64,000 nt of DNA from Squalus acanthias (GCA_030390025.1 CM059432.1:111664001-111728000); one strand, 5' to 3'; shown: positions 37,555-49,609, counted from the first letter of the stretch. A program made the numbers and translations. Notes: a model not told the origin generated them from the letters alone.

Positions 37555-40491
37555 TCAGTACCCCATTCCTGCTTTCTCGCCATACCCCTTGATCCCCCTA
37601 GTTGTGAGTATTCTATCTAACTCCCTTTTGAATATATTTAGCGAACTGGCCTCAACAACCTTCTGTGGAAGAGAATTCCATAGATTCACCACTCTCTGGG
37701 TGAAGAAGTTCCTCCTCAGCTCAGTCTTAAATGGCTTCCCCTTAATCCTTAGACTGTGACCCCTGGTTCTAGTTTTCCCTAACATTGGGAACATTCTGCC
37801 CGCATCTAATTTGTCTAAACCAGTCAGGATTTTAAATGTCTCGATAAGATCCCCCCTCATTCTTCTGAACTCCAGAGGATACAAGTTCAGTTGACCCAAT
37901 CTTTCTTGATATGTCAGTCCGGCCATCCCAGGAATCAATCTAGTGAACCTTCGCTGCACTCCCTCAATAGCAAGAATGTCCTTCCTTAAGTTAGGAGACC
38001 AAAACTGCGCACAATACTCCAGGTGTGGCCTCACCAAGGTCCTGTACAACTGCAGCATCACCTCCCTACTCCTGTACTCAAATCCCCTTACTATGAAGGC
38101 CATCATTCCGTTTGCTTTCTTGACTGCCTGCTGCACTTGCATTCCCACCTTCAGTGACTGATGTACCATGACGCCCAGGTCTCGTTGCACCTCCCCTTTC
38201 CCTAATCTGCCACCATTCAGGTAATAGTCCGCCTCTCTATTTTTACCACCAAAGTGGATAACCTCACATTTATCCACATTGTACTTCATCTGCCATACAT
38301 TTGCCCATTCACCCAACCTGTCCAAGTCACTCTGTAGCCTCCTAGCATCCTCCTCATTGTTCACACTGCCTCCCAATTTAGTGTCATCCGCAAATTTGGA
38401 GATATTACATTTAATCCCTTCGTCCAAATCATTAATATATAATGTAAACAGCTGGGGTCCCAGCACCGAACCCTGCGGTACCCCGCTGGTCACTGCCTGC
38501 CATTCTGAAAAGTACCCATTTACTCCTACTCTTTGTTTCCTGTGTGCCAACCAGTTCTCAATCCACGTCAACACATTACCCCCAATCCCATGTGCTTTAA
38601 CTTTGCACACCAATCTCTTGTGTGGGACCTTGTCGAAGGCCTTCTGAAAGTCCAAATACACCACAACTACTGGTTCCCCCCTGTCCACCCTATTGGAAAC
38701 ATCCTCAAAAAATTCCAGAAGATTTGTCAAGCATGATTTCCCTTTCACAAATCCATGCTGACTTGGACCTATCATGTCGCCACTTTCCAAATGGTCTGTT
38801 ATGACATCTTTAATAATTGATTCCATCATTTTACCCACCACCGATGTCAGGCTGACCGGTCTATAATTCCCTGCTTTCTCCCTCCCTCCTTTTTTAAAAA
38901 GAGGGGTTACATTGGCCACCCTCCACTCCATCGGAACTGATCCAGAGTCTAAGGAATGTTGGAAAATGATCGTCAATGCATCCACTATTTCCAAGGCCAC
39001 CTCCTTAAGTACTCTCGGATGCAGACCATCAGGCCCCGGGGATTTGTCAGCCTTCAGTCCCATCAATTTCCCCAATACCTTTTCCCGACTAATAAGGATT
39101 TCCCTCAGCTCCTCCCTCTTACCAGATCCTCTGACCCCTTTTATTTCCGGCAGGTTGTGTGTGTCCTCCACAGTAAACACCGAACCAAAGTACTTGTTCA
39201 ATTGATCTGCCATTTCCTTGTTCCCCATTACGACTTCCCCTGTTTCCGACTGCAGGGGACCTACGTTTGTTTTTACTAACCTCTTTCTTTTTACATATTT
39301 ATAGAAGCTTTTGCAGTCCATTTTAATGTTCTCTGCAAGCTTCCTTTCATATTTTATTTTCCCTGCCCTAATCAAACTCTTTGTCCTCCTCTGCTGAGTT
39401 TTGAAGTTCTCCCAGTCCCCGGGTTTGCTGCTACTTCTGGCCAATTTGTACGCAACTTCCTTGGTTTTAATACTATCCCTGATTTCCCTTGTTAGCCATG
39501 GTTGAGCCACCGTCCCTTTTTTATTTTTACGCCAGACCGGGATGTACAATTGCTGTAGTTCATCCATGCGATCTCTAAATGTCTGCCATTGCCCTTCCAC
39601 TGATAACCCCTTAAATATCGCTTGCCAATCTAACCTCGCCAATTCACGCCTCATACCCTCAAAGTTGCCCTTATTTAAGTTCTGGACCATGGTCTCTGAC
39701 TTAACTGTTTCCTTCTCCATCCTAATGTAGAACTCCACCATACTATGGTCACTCTTCCCCAGGGGGCCTCGTACCACAAGATTGCTGATTAGTCCTTCCT
39801 CATTACACAACACCCAGTCCAGGATGGCCTCCCCTCGAGTTGGTTCCTCAACATATTGGTTTAGGAAACCATCCCTTAAACACTCCAGGAAATCCTCCTC
39901 CACCGTATTGCTTCCAGTTTGAGTAGCCCAATCTATATGCATATTAAAGTCACCCATGATAACTGCCGTGCCTTTTTTGCACGCACCTCTGATTTCCTGT
40001 TTCATACCCTCCCCCACCTCACTACTGCTGTTTGGAGGTCTGTACACAACTCCCACTAACGTTTTCTGCCCTTTGGTGTTCTGCAGCTCAACCCATATTG
40101 ATTCCACATCCTCCAAGCTGATGTCCTTCCTAGCTATTGCATTAATCTCCTCTTTAACCAGCAATGCTACCCCACCCCCTTTTCCTTTTATTCTATCCTT
40201 TCTGAATGTTGAATACCCCTGGCTGTTCAGTTCCCAGCCTTGATTGTTCTGGAGCCACGTCTCTGTAATCCCAATCACATCGTATCCGTTAACATCTATC
40301 TGCACAGTCAATTCATCCACCTTATTACGGATACTCCTTGCATTAAGACACAGAGCCTTTAGGCTTATTTTATTAACATCCTTTGTCCTTTTAGACTTAT
40401 GATTTAGTATGGCCCTTTGTGTTTCTTGCCTTTGTTTACTCGGCCTTCCCCTATTGTTTCTCACCCTTCTAACATTTGTTTCTGACTGCAT
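37555..40491 (-). CDS. CR1 ORF2: apurinic endonuclease plus reverse transcriptase, 978 aa
   Basis: Uninterrupted. APE motifs NARS, ITETW, YRPP, GDFN, SDH; RT motifs DFQKAFD, GVPQGSVLGP, FADD. Confidence 0.96.
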   Translation of the reverse strand: MQSETNVRRVRNNRGRPSKQRQETQRAILNHKSKRTKDVNKISLKALCLNARSIRNKVDELTVQIDVNGYDVIGITETWLQNNQGWELNSQGYSTFRKDRIKGKGGGVALLVKEEINAIARKDISLEDVESIWVELQNTKGQKTLVGVVYRPPNSSSEVGEGMKQEIRGACKKGTAVIMGDFNMHIDWATQTGSNTVEEDFLECLRDGFLNQYVEEPTRGEAILDWVLCNEEGLISNLVVRGPLGKSDHSMVEFYIRMEKETVKSETMVQNLNKGNFEGMRRELARLDWQAIFKGLSVEGQWQTFRDRMDELQQLYIPVWRKNKKGTVAQPWLTREIRDSIKTKEVAYKLARSSSKPGDWENFKTQQRRTKSLIRAGKIKYERKLAENIKMDCKSFYKYVKRKRLVKTNVGPLQSETGEVVMGNKEMADQLNKYFGSVFTVEDTHNLPEIKGVRGSGKREELREILISREKVLGKLMGLKADKSPGPDGLHPRVLKEVALEIVDALTIIFQHSLDSGSVPMEWRVANVTPLFKKGGREKAGNYRPVSLTSVVGKMMESIIKDVITDHLESGDMIGPSQHGFVKGKSCLTNLLEFFEDVSNRVDRGEPVVVVYLDFQKAFDKVPHKRLVCKVKAHGIGGNVLTWIENWLAHRKQRVGVNGYFSEWQAVTSGVPQGSVLGPQLFTLYINDLDEGIKCNISKFADDTKLGGSVNNEEDARRLQSDLDRLGEWANVWQMKYNVDKCEVIHFGGKNREADYYLNGGRLGKGEVQRDLGVMVHQSLKVGMQVQQAVKKANGMMAFIVRGFEYRSREVMLQLYRTLVRPHLEYCAQFWSPNLRKDILAIEGVQRRFTRLIPGMAGLTYQERLGQLNLYPLEFRRMRGDLIETFKILTGLDKLDAGRMFPMLGKTRTRGHSLRIKGKPFKTELRRNFFTQRVVNLWNSLPQKVVEASSLNIFKRELDRILTTRGIKGYGEKAGMGY

Positions 40492-40538
40492 ATTACTTCC
40501 CCCTGTTTCGCTACATAGGTTCCCATTCCCCTGCCATA

Positions 40539-41483
40539 TTAGTTTAAATCCTCCCGAACTGCTTTAGCAAATATTACCCCGAGGACATCGGTTCCAGTCC
40601 TGCCCAAGTGCAGACCGTCCCTTTTGTACAGGTCCCACTTCCCCCAGAACTGGTTCCAATGCCTCAGGAATTTGAATCCCTCCCTCCTGCACCACTGCTC
40701 AAGCCACGTATTCAATCTCACTATCCTGTTCTCTCTATTCTGATTAGCACGTGGCCCTGGTAGCAATCCAGAGATTACTACCTTAGAGGTCCTACTTTTT
40801 AATTTAGCTCCTAGCTCCCTAAATTCTGCTTGTAGGACCTCTTCCCGCTTTTTACCTATATCGTTGGTACCTACATGCACCACGACAGCTGGCTGTTCAC
40901 CCTCCCTCTTCAGAATGTTCTGCAACCGCTCCGAGACATCCTTGACCCTTGCACCAGGGAGGCAACATACCATCCTGGAATCTCGGTTGCGGCCACAGAA
41001 ACTCCTGTCTATTCCCCTTACAATTGAGTCCCCTATCACTATAGCCCTACCACTCTTTTTCCCGCCCTGCTGTGCAGCAGAGCCAGCCATGGTGCCATGA
41101 ACCTGGCTGCTGGTGCCTTCCCCTGGTAGGCTATCTCCCCCAACAGTATCCAAAGCGGCATACCTGTTTTGGAGGGAGATGACCACAGGGGTCTCCTGCA
41201 CTACCTTCCTGATATTGCCCTGCTTCTTGGTCACCCATTCACTGTCTGTCCTAGCCTTTACCTGCGGTGTGGACAACTCACTAAATGAGTGATTCACCGA
41301 GTTCTCGGCATCGTGCATGCTCCAGAGTGAGTCCACCCGCAGCTCCAGCACCGCCATGCGGGCTGTCAGGAGCTGCAGCTGGACACACTTCCCGCACACG
41401 TAGTTGTCAGGGACACTGGAAGTGTCCCTGGTTTCCCACATGGCACAGGAGGAGCATGAAACGGGTCCGAGACTTCCTGTCAT
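40539..41483 (-). CDS. CR1 ORF1: zinc finger/leucine zipper plus SGNH esterase, 314 aa
   Basis: CxxC...CxxC followed by a heptad region; GDS, GTND and DGLH esterase blocks. Confidence 0.93.
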   Translation of the reverse strand: MTGSLGPVSCSSCAMWETRDTSSVPDNYVCGKCVQLQLLTARMAVLELRVDSLWSMHDAENSVNHSFSELSTPQVKARTDSEWVTKKQGNIRKVVQETPVVISLQNRYAALDTVGGDSLPGEGTSSQVHGTMAGSAAQQGGKKSGRAIVIGDSIVRGIDRSFCGRNRDSRMVCCLPGARVKDVSERLQNILKREGEQPAVVVHVGTNDIGKKREEVLQAEFRELGAKLKSRTSKVVISGLLPGPRANQNRENRIVRLNTWLEQWCRREGFKFLRHWNQFWGKWDLYKRDGLHLGRTGTDVLGVIFAKAVREDLN

Positions 41484-41880
41484 GACTTAACCCTTATGTT
41501 ACTTTATTACTAAAATTTAAACTTATTTATCTTAGGTCCAGGAGTTAAGTCCCTGAAAACAAAATATAAAATCGAACCTACCTTTTAAATTCCCTCTACC
41601 CCTAAAGGTTAGAGGAGGTGGGAGGGTGGGAGTCACTACTGGTGTAGTGTCTCGGGTTTAGCAACCGCTCCACCTATATACGGGTACCAATGAATTGGCC
41701 CCGCCCCCTGCCTTTGAAAAAGCCCGCGAAGCTCTTACCCCGCTGGGGAAAAAGGCCACGTAGGTGAGTTTAATGACTCACCTCAGGCCTCTGCCGCTCC
41801 AACCAGGTCCGCTCCTCCTTCCCCGCTGCCGACCGCTCTGTGGGAGAGAGAAAGAAAGAAAGGCTCCTCCTCCCCCGCTG

Positions 41881-42160
41881 AATGGGCATATAATTGGCAA
41901 ATTAAATTCAACACAGATAAATGTGAGGTATTACATTTTGGTAGGAAGATTAGGGAGGTCACATCACTTGGAGGGTGCGAGTCTAGGTGGGGTAGATGAA
42001 CAAAGGGATCTCGGAGTACAAATACACAAATCACTAAAAGTTGCGACACAGGTTAACAAGGCCATAAAAAAAGCAAACAAAGCACTAGGGTTTATTTCTA
42101 GAGGGATAGAATTGAAAAGTAGTGAAGTTATGCTAAACTTGTATCGAATCCTGGTTAGAC
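41881..42160 (+). mobile_element. CR1 ORF2 internal fragment
   Basis: EQRDLGVQIHKSLKVATQV...LGFISRGIE...LYRILVR. Confidence 0.85.
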
Positions 42161-42163
42161 ATC

Positions 42164-42370
42164 GGGCTCCTAATTGAACTGTGGGTGCCCGATTTAAATA
42201 TGTTAAATAAGTGATACACCTCTCTGCGGCAGGACACTCGGATGCCCCCGACATCCATCACCGTAAAAACGGCGGCTGGCGGAATGGGGACGCAGTCCCC
42301 ATATTTAGGTCTTTAACACCCCCCCCCCCACCCTCTCTCACCCATCGTGGATGGGTTAATATCAAGGCCA
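42164..42370. mobile_element. GC-rich MITE-like fragment, Harbinger-type ends
   Basis: Starts GGGCTCCTAATTG, CpG-rich, ends AATATCAAGGCC. TIR match is poor. Confidence 0.4.
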
Positions 42371-42374
42371 TTAA

Positions 42375-42650
42375 GTCAAGACCCCATCTACCTGTTCATA
42401 AAAGATAACATGGCACCTTTCTGAAGAAGAATAGGGTATTCTTTTGATGTCCTGGCCAAAATTCATTCCACAAATAAATCCACCGAAACAGATTAGCTGG
42501 TCATTCATATTATTGCTGTGTGGGATCTTACTGTGTGCAAATTGGCTGTCACGTTTGCTTATGTAGCACCAGTGACTGCACTGTAATCCGTTGGCTGTGA
42601 AACACTTTGGGACATCCTGAGGACTTGAAAAACGCAAGTTCTTTCTTTCT
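42375..42650 (+). mobile_element. Deu-core SINE 3' portion
   Basis: TGTCCTGGCCAAAATT...CTGTGTGCAAATTGGCTG...CACTTTGGGACATCCTGAGG. Confidence 0.8.
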
Positions 42651-44085
42651 TCAAACTCTTCACTAGCAAGTGCAGAGGTGTGACCCAATGTTGACTGGTC
42701 CTTTGATTGTTTTCCCTCCCAATGCAAAGCCTGGCGTCTGACCTCTAGCTTCCTATACAGCATGGCTGAGCTCAAGAATTCACTGAGATGTGTCCTGCCA
42801 CTCTAGCATTGCACATTGGAGTTGTATAACAATCTATGACACAACCAAATCAATTTTTGACATGTAAAAGTAGGTCAAAATAGAATAGAATGCCAACAAA
42901 CTTGTCTGTAGCACAGTAAGGGTAACGGGATGTTAAGGAAAATTTTCTGAAATGATTTCCATTTACTTCTGAATGGTTAGAAACAGGTGTGAAGTTCACA
43001 AGAAGTGGTGTGCTATTTGCATGCCCATTTCTGTGGTCAGCACATTATCTTAATTTTGTATAGTTCTAAGTGAAGATTTGGACATGTGCAGTGAGGTAGG
43101 AGTGGAAAATTGCATGCAGGTGAAATTTAAAGGTGTATGGACAATTAAAGGGAAGTGTTGGAACAGGCGGACAAAAATCTTTGCAATCTCAAGAAAGACT
43201 GAAAAGGCATTTGAAACCATTGGCAGCCTTTAGCAAGGCTGAAGGGAGAAGAGAGAAATGAACTGAAAGAAACCCCTACGTTCAGGTAAGTAACAGAGCA
43301 GCCTAGCACCCATCCCCTGGCTGATAGCTGCTGAGTGAAGGTGCTCCTGGATTAGATGTTTGCAAGAACCTCCTTATCGCTCCAATTTCAGCAACATGCC
43401 TGGCATGGCTGGTGCTGTGGCTGGTTGTGCCAACCCTATGGTGCATGTTTTCGGCATCTGTACTTGCAGCAGATGGCACAGGTCTGCATGTGGCTCTCTG
43501 CTGGTCTGCAGCCGATGAAGGCAATTCACCACTTTTGTTGCCAAGCAGGTGTATCAGGGCCTGTAGATATGATTGGTGGCCTCTTGTTAGATCAGCCAGT
43601 CAGGCTATGGAGTGCCTGCTTTCATGCAGTACCACTTAAATTGTGACAAGCTGTGCTTGGCGTGGTTGTGAAGAGCCATTCAGCATTAGTCAGGTAAGGT
43701 ATGTGCACCACTTGGTCTGTTATCATGGTCTCAGGAATTCGAGCCACTGTATGCACTAATCCTGTGACAAAGCAAGGGGTATATGCCACTCTCCCTGTAG
43801 ATGCAAGTGTAAGGATACCTGCAGGTTAGCACACAGCATCTTTCGTACTCGTTGATGTGCTTGTCCTCCCTCTATAATTCCTCTTCTTCTTCCTGGAAAA
43901 AGTTCAGGTATAGGAAGATTCCAATTGGGAAGTCCATTGGTGGCTATTAAGTTAAAAACAGAACAATTGCCATAAATGCTCCTAAGTGGCAGCAGAAACT
44001 ATAAAAAGAAGAAAGTGGTCTGTAACTGGTCTGGAAATTCTTCAATATATTGTCTATGCTTTCTACATCACTGAGCCTGCCTCAT

Positions 44086-45830
44086 CCCCCTCCGTAACAT
44101 CGCCCGTCTCCCCCTACCCCAGCCCATCTACTGCTGAAACCCTCACCCCCTCCATAACATCGCCCGTCTCCCCCTGCCCCAGCCCATCTACTGCTGAAAC
44201 CCTCACCCCCTCCATAACATCGCCCGTCTCCCCCTACCCCAGCCCATCTACTGCTGAAACCCTCACCCCCTCCATAACATCACCCGTCTCCCCCTGCCCC
44301 AGCCCATCTACTGCTGAAACCCTCACCCCCTCCGTAACATCGCCCGTCTCCCCCTGCCCCAGCCCATCTACTGCTGAAACCCTCACCCCCTCCATAACAT
44401 CGCCCGTCTCCCCCTGCCCCAGCCCATCTACTGCTGAAACCCTCACCCCCTCCGTAACATCGCCCGTCTCCCCCTACCCCAGCCCATCTACTGCTGAAAC
44501 CCTCACCCCCTCCATAACATCACCCGTCTCCCCCTACCCCAGCCCATCTACTGCTGAAACCCTCACCCCCTCCATAACATCGCCCGTCTCCCCCTACCCC
44601 AGCCCATCTACTGCTGAAACCCTCACCCCCTCCATAACATCGCCCGTCTCCCCCTACCCCAGCCCATCTACTGCTGAAACCCTCACCCCCTCCATAACAT
44701 CGCCCGTCTCCGCCCCGACCCAGCCCATCTACTGCTGAAACCCTCACCCCCTCCGTAACATCGCCCGTCTCCCCCTGCCCCAGCCCATCTACTGCTGAAA
44801 CCCTCACCCCCTCCGTAACATCGCCCGTCTCCCCCTACCCCAGCCCATCTACTGCTGAAACCCTCACCCCCTCCATAACATCACCCATCTCCCCCTACCC
44901 CAGCCCATCTACTGCTGAAACCCTCACCCCTCCGTAACATCGCCCGTCTCCGCCCCGACCCAGCCCATCTACTGCTGAAACCCTCACCCCCTCCGTAACA
45001 TCGCCCGTCTCCCCCTGCCCCAGCCCATCTACTGCTGAAACCCTCACCCCCTCCGTAACATCGCCCGTCTCCCCCTACCCCAGCCCATCTACTGCTGAAA
45101 CCCTCACCCCCTCCATAACATCGCCCGTCTCCCCCTACCCCAGCCCATCTACTGCTGAAACCCTCACCCCCTCCATAACATCACCCATCTCCCCCTACCC
45201 CAGCCCATCTACTGCTGAAACCCTCACCCCTCCGTAACATCGCCCGTCTCCGCCCCGACCCAGCCCATCTACTGCTGAAACCCTCACCCCCTCCATAACA
45301 TCGCCCGTCTCCGCCCCGACCCAGCCCATCTACTGCTGAAACCCTCACCCCCTCCGTAACATCGCCCGTCTCCCCCTGCCCCAGCCCATCTACTGCTGAA
45401 ACCCTCACCCCCTCCGTAACATCGCCCGTCTCCGCCCCGACCCAGCCCATCTACTGCTGAAACCCTCACCCCCTCCGTAACATCGCCCGTCTCCCCCTGC
45501 CCCAGCCCATCTACTGCTGAAACCCTCACCCCCTCCATAACATCGCCCGTCTCCGCCCCGACCCAGCCCATCTACTGCTGAAACCCTCACCCCCTCCGTA
45601 ACATCGCCCATCTCCACCCCGACCCAGCCCATCTACTGCTGAAACCCTCACCCCCTCCGTAACATCGCCCGTCTCCCCCTGCCCCAGCCCATCTACTGCT
45701 GAAACCCTCACCCCCTCCGTAACATCGCCCGTCTCCGCCCCGACCCAGCCCATCTACTGCTGAAACCCTCACCCCCTCCGTAACATCGCCCGTCTCCCCC
45801 TACCCCAGCCCATCTACTGCTGAAACCCTC
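44086..45830 (+). repeat. Minisatellite, ~29 units of 59-61 bp, derived from L2 ORF2
   Basis: Unit TCCRTAACATCGCCCGTCTCCCCCTRCCCCAGCCCATCTACTGCTGAAACCCTCACCCCC; the last unit runs directly into L2 sequence. Confidence 0.97.
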
Positions 45831-46412
45831 ATCCATGCTTTTGTTACCTCCAGATTGGACTATTACAATTCTCTCCTGGCCAACCTCCCAACATCCACCC
45901 TCCATAAACATGAGCTCATCTAAAGCTCTGCTGCCCATATCCTAACTCACGTCCCATTTACCCATCATGCCTCAGGTCATTGACCGACATTGGACTTTTG
46001 GTCCCCGAATGCTTTGATTTTAAAATTCTCATCCTTCTGTTCAAACGCATCCATGGCCTCGCCTCTCCCTATCTCTGTAACCTCCTCCACCACTAAAACC
46101 CTTCGAGAATTCTGTGTGCTTCTCAAATTCTGGCCTTTTGTGCATCCTCCACTCACTTCGCCAAAAAGCTGTTGAGGCCTTCAGCCATCTAGGCCCTAAG
46201 TTCTGGAATTTCCTCCCTAAATCACTCCACCTCGACACCTTTCCTCCTTTAGGACACTTGTTAAAGCCTCCCTCTTTGACCAAGCTTTTGGTCACCTGCC
46301 CTAATGTCTAATTCTTTGGCTCGGTGTAAATCTTTGTCTGATTACGCTCCTGTGAAGCGCCTTGGGACATTTTACTACATTAAAGGCGCTATATAAATGG
46401 AAGTTGTTGTTT
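45777..46412 (+). mobile_element. L2 LINE 3' end
   Basis: STAETLIHAFVTSRLDYYN; tail GTGAAGCGCCTTGGGACATTTTACTACATTAAAGGCGCTATATAAATGGAAGTTGTTG. Confidence 0.9.
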
Positions 46413-46429
46413 ACATGAATGTCAGTACA

Positions 46430-48430
46430 TTTTCTTTTTTTTTATTCGTTTATGGGATGTGGGCATCGCTGGCAAGGCCAGCATTTATTGCCCATCCCTA
46501 GTTGCCCTTGAGAAGGTGGTGGTGAGCCACCTTCTTGAACCGCTGCAATCCGTGTGCTGTTAGGGAGGGAGTTCCAGGATTTTGATCCAGCGACGATGAA
46601 AGATCGGCGATATACTTCTAAGTCAGGATGGTGTGTGACTTGGAGGGGAACTTGGAGGTGGTGGTGTTCCCATGTGCCTGCTGCCCTAGTCCTTCTAGGT
46701 GGAACAGGTCACGGGTTTGGGAGGTGCTGCTGAAGAAGCCTTGGCGAGTTGCTGCAGAGCATCTTGGAGATGGTACACACTGCAGCCATGGTACGCCGGT
46801 GGTGGAGGGAGTGAATGTTTAAGGTGATGGTTGGGGTGCCAATCAAGCGGGCTGCTTTGTCCTGGATGGTGTCGAGCTTCTTGAGTGTTGTTGGAGTTGA
46901 ACTCATCCAGGCAAGTGGAGAGTATTCCATCACACTCCTGACTTGTGCCTTGTAGATGGTGGAAAGGCTTTGGGGAGTCAGGAGGTGAGACACTCGCCGC
47001 AGAATACCTAGCCTCTGACCTGCTCTTGTTGCCACAGTATTTATGTGGCTGGTTCAGTTAAGTTTCTGGTCAATGGTGATCCCCAGGATGTTGATGGTGG
47101 GGGATTTGCCGATGGTAATGCCATTGAATGTCAAGGGGCAGTGATTCGACTCTCGCTTTTTGGGGATAGTCATTGCCTGGCACTTCTGTGGCGTGATTGT
47201 TACCTGCCACTTATCAGCCCAAGCCTGAACATCGTCCAGGTCTTGTTGCATGCGGGCATGGACTGCTTCATTATGTGAGGAGTTGTAAATGAACACTGTG
47301 CAGTCATCAGCGAACATCCCCATTTCTGACCTTATGATGGAGGGAAGGTCATTGATGAAGCAGCTGAAGATGGTTGGGCCTAGGACACTGCCCTGAGGAA
47401 CTCCTGCAGCGATGTCCTGGGGCTGTGATGATTGGCCTTCAACCACCACAACCATCTTCCTTTGTGCTAGGTATGACTCCAGCCAGTATAGAGTTTTCCC
47501 CCCGATTCCCATTGACTTCAGTTTTACTAGGGCTCCTTGATGCCACACTCGGTCAAATGCTGCCTTGATGTCAAGGGCAGTCACTCTCACCTCACTTCTG
47601 GAATTCAGCTCCTTTGTCCATGTTTGGACCAATGCTATAATGAGGTCTGGAGCCAAGTGGTCTTGGCGGAACCCAAACTGGGCATCAGTGAGCAGGTTAT
47701 TGGTGAGTAAGTGCCGCTTAATAACACTTTCGATGACACCTTCCATCACTTTGCTGATGATTGAGAGTAGACTGATGGGGCGGTAATTGGCCGGATTGGA
47801 TTTGTCCTGCTTTTTGTGGACAGGACATACCTGGGCAGTTTTCCACATTATCGGATAGATGCCAGTGTTGTAGCTGTACTGGAACAACTTGGCTAAAGGC
47901 ACGGCTAGTTCTGGAGCACAAGTCTTCAGCATGATAGCTGGGATGCTGTCGGGGCCCACAGCCTTTGCTGTATCCAGTGCGCTCAGCCGTTTCTTGATAT
48001 CACGTGGAGTGAATCGAATTGGCTGAAGACTGGCTTCTGTGGTGGTGGGGACCTCAGGAGTAGGCCGTTATGGATCATCCACTCGGCACTTCTGGCTGAA
48101 GATGGTTGCAAACTCTTCAGCTTTGTCTGTTGCAATCACGTGCTGGGCTCCACCATCATTGAGGATGGGGGGATATTCTTGGAGCCTCCTCCTCCCGTTA
48201 GTTGTTTAATGGTCCACCACCATTCACGACTGGATGTGGCAGGACTGCAGAGCTTTGATCTGATCTGTTTATTGTGGGATCGCTTAGGTCTGTCTATAGC
48301 ATGCGGCTTCCACTGTTTAGCATGCATGTAGTCCTGTGTTGCAGCTTCCCCAGGTTGACACCTCATTTTTAGGTACGCCTGGTGCTGCTCCTGGCATGCT
48401 CTTCTGCACCCCTTATTGAACCAGGGTTGG
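46430..48430 (-). mobile_element. Family B LINE, 5'-truncated
   Basis: ORF 47054-47959 (301 aa RT with MFADD) and ORF 46709-47035. Confidence 0.92.
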
Positions 48431-49265
48431 CTGATTACCTAGTAACCCTGAATATCCATAGTCCCAAGCATGAATCTCACTCAACATTCTGCACACATGA
48501 ACATCAGGAAATACCTTGCAGGACAGAATGATATCATCCGTGCTTTATTTTAATATTATAATAAAACTACTGCCCTTGTTTTTTGACCACTGGAATAGTA
48601 GGATTTCCAAAATGGGTCGCGATCCAGCGTTATAGATCTCTAGCCAATTGTCTGATCAGGTTCACTTGATTTATTCCTGTCTATTAGTTAAACCCAGAGG
48701 GAAAATCTGCACCATTGTCTTAGTGGAAACGTGTTTGGCAAACTTTTTTTTGTTTGAAGGAGGAACTGTATTATTTTTGTGATAATGATAGCATGGCAAA
48801 ATTATACAATTTCAACCACATTTTTATCATTGCCTAATGTGATTGTAAACTAACAGGGGAAAGCTTGTTGCCTCTTATTCATCAATATGATGTCTGTTTA
48901 AATTAGGAATGGGATATTGTACCCAGTCGGAATGTTGGGAAAAGGAATTGTTTTTTAATGTGATACTTCTCAGAATGTTAAACCAGGTATTGTGTAAGCA
49001 GCTTTACTCTAGCCCGAGGTCATGTGACATCACTGAAATCAATTCCAGGAGAAAAATAATTGTAAATAAACAATTTTGGTAATCAGCACCATATGTTAAA
49101 CTTAATACAAGCAAATTAAACAAGTCTAATTTAAATTAAACTTCAAAATACACACAATCACTACTAACTGAATAACATTGTTATGAGGGGAAGTATAGGG
49201 CAAAGCTTACAAGTTATGTTCTGTGCTTTAAAACCGCATTTTTAACAATGTTTTGTTCTCCCAAG

Positions 49266-49398
49266 AGTAGCATTTCTATCAGGGTGGTCTGCAGGGTCCC
49301 CTAAAGAAAAAGGCCGCAGCCTTCCTTATCTCCTCTACCACCCAGGGGCTTTCATGAAGAATGACACGAGACTGGACATCATCAGATCACTGGTTGAG
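49266..49398 (+). CDS. Candidate internal coding exon of an unidentified host gene
   Basis: Acceptor ttttgttctcccaag and donor GAG|gtaaga. One open frame, VAFLSGWSAGSPKEKGRSLPYLLYHPGAFMKNDTRLDIIRSLVE, in otherwise AT-rich unique DNA. No homology recognised. Confidence 0.35.
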
Positions 49399-49609
49399 GT
49401 AAGACGATGTAAGGGAACTATAAGCCTCATTTTACTGACTACTTTTTGAAATTCGTAGGAGTGATTTTGTTAGGACTCCTTAATAATGGGCAGATAGGTG
49501 AACTTTTGAACAGCAGGCTGCAGAAACTGTTACTTGTTGGGGCTGTAGGAAAGGTTAGAATAAGTGGTAGATAGACTCAAGCTGGATAAGCCACTAAGTC
49601 GTGAAAGCG

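Larger units (their letters stand above)
37457..41880 (-). mobile_element. Full-length CR1 LINE, ~4.4 kb
   Basis: GC-rich 5'UTR, open ORF1, 47-nt spacer, open ORF2, short 3'UTR with a (TTTCTATG)n tail. Confidence 0.96.

Noticed and set aside
37943..41100. Many plus-strand ORFs over the CR1 element
   Set aside because: Antisense shadows of ORF1/ORF2; the same shadows recur over every LINE copy.
43290..43900. GC-richer unique-looking block with short ORFs
   Set aside because: It resembles decayed downstream exons of Harbinger ORF2, but no diagnostic motif was readable, so I made no call.
43986..44738. 250-aa mucin-like Pro/Ser/Thr repeat ORF
   Set aside because: A by-product of the 60-bp L2-derived minisatellite; GTG start, and the frame is broken by the 61-bp units.
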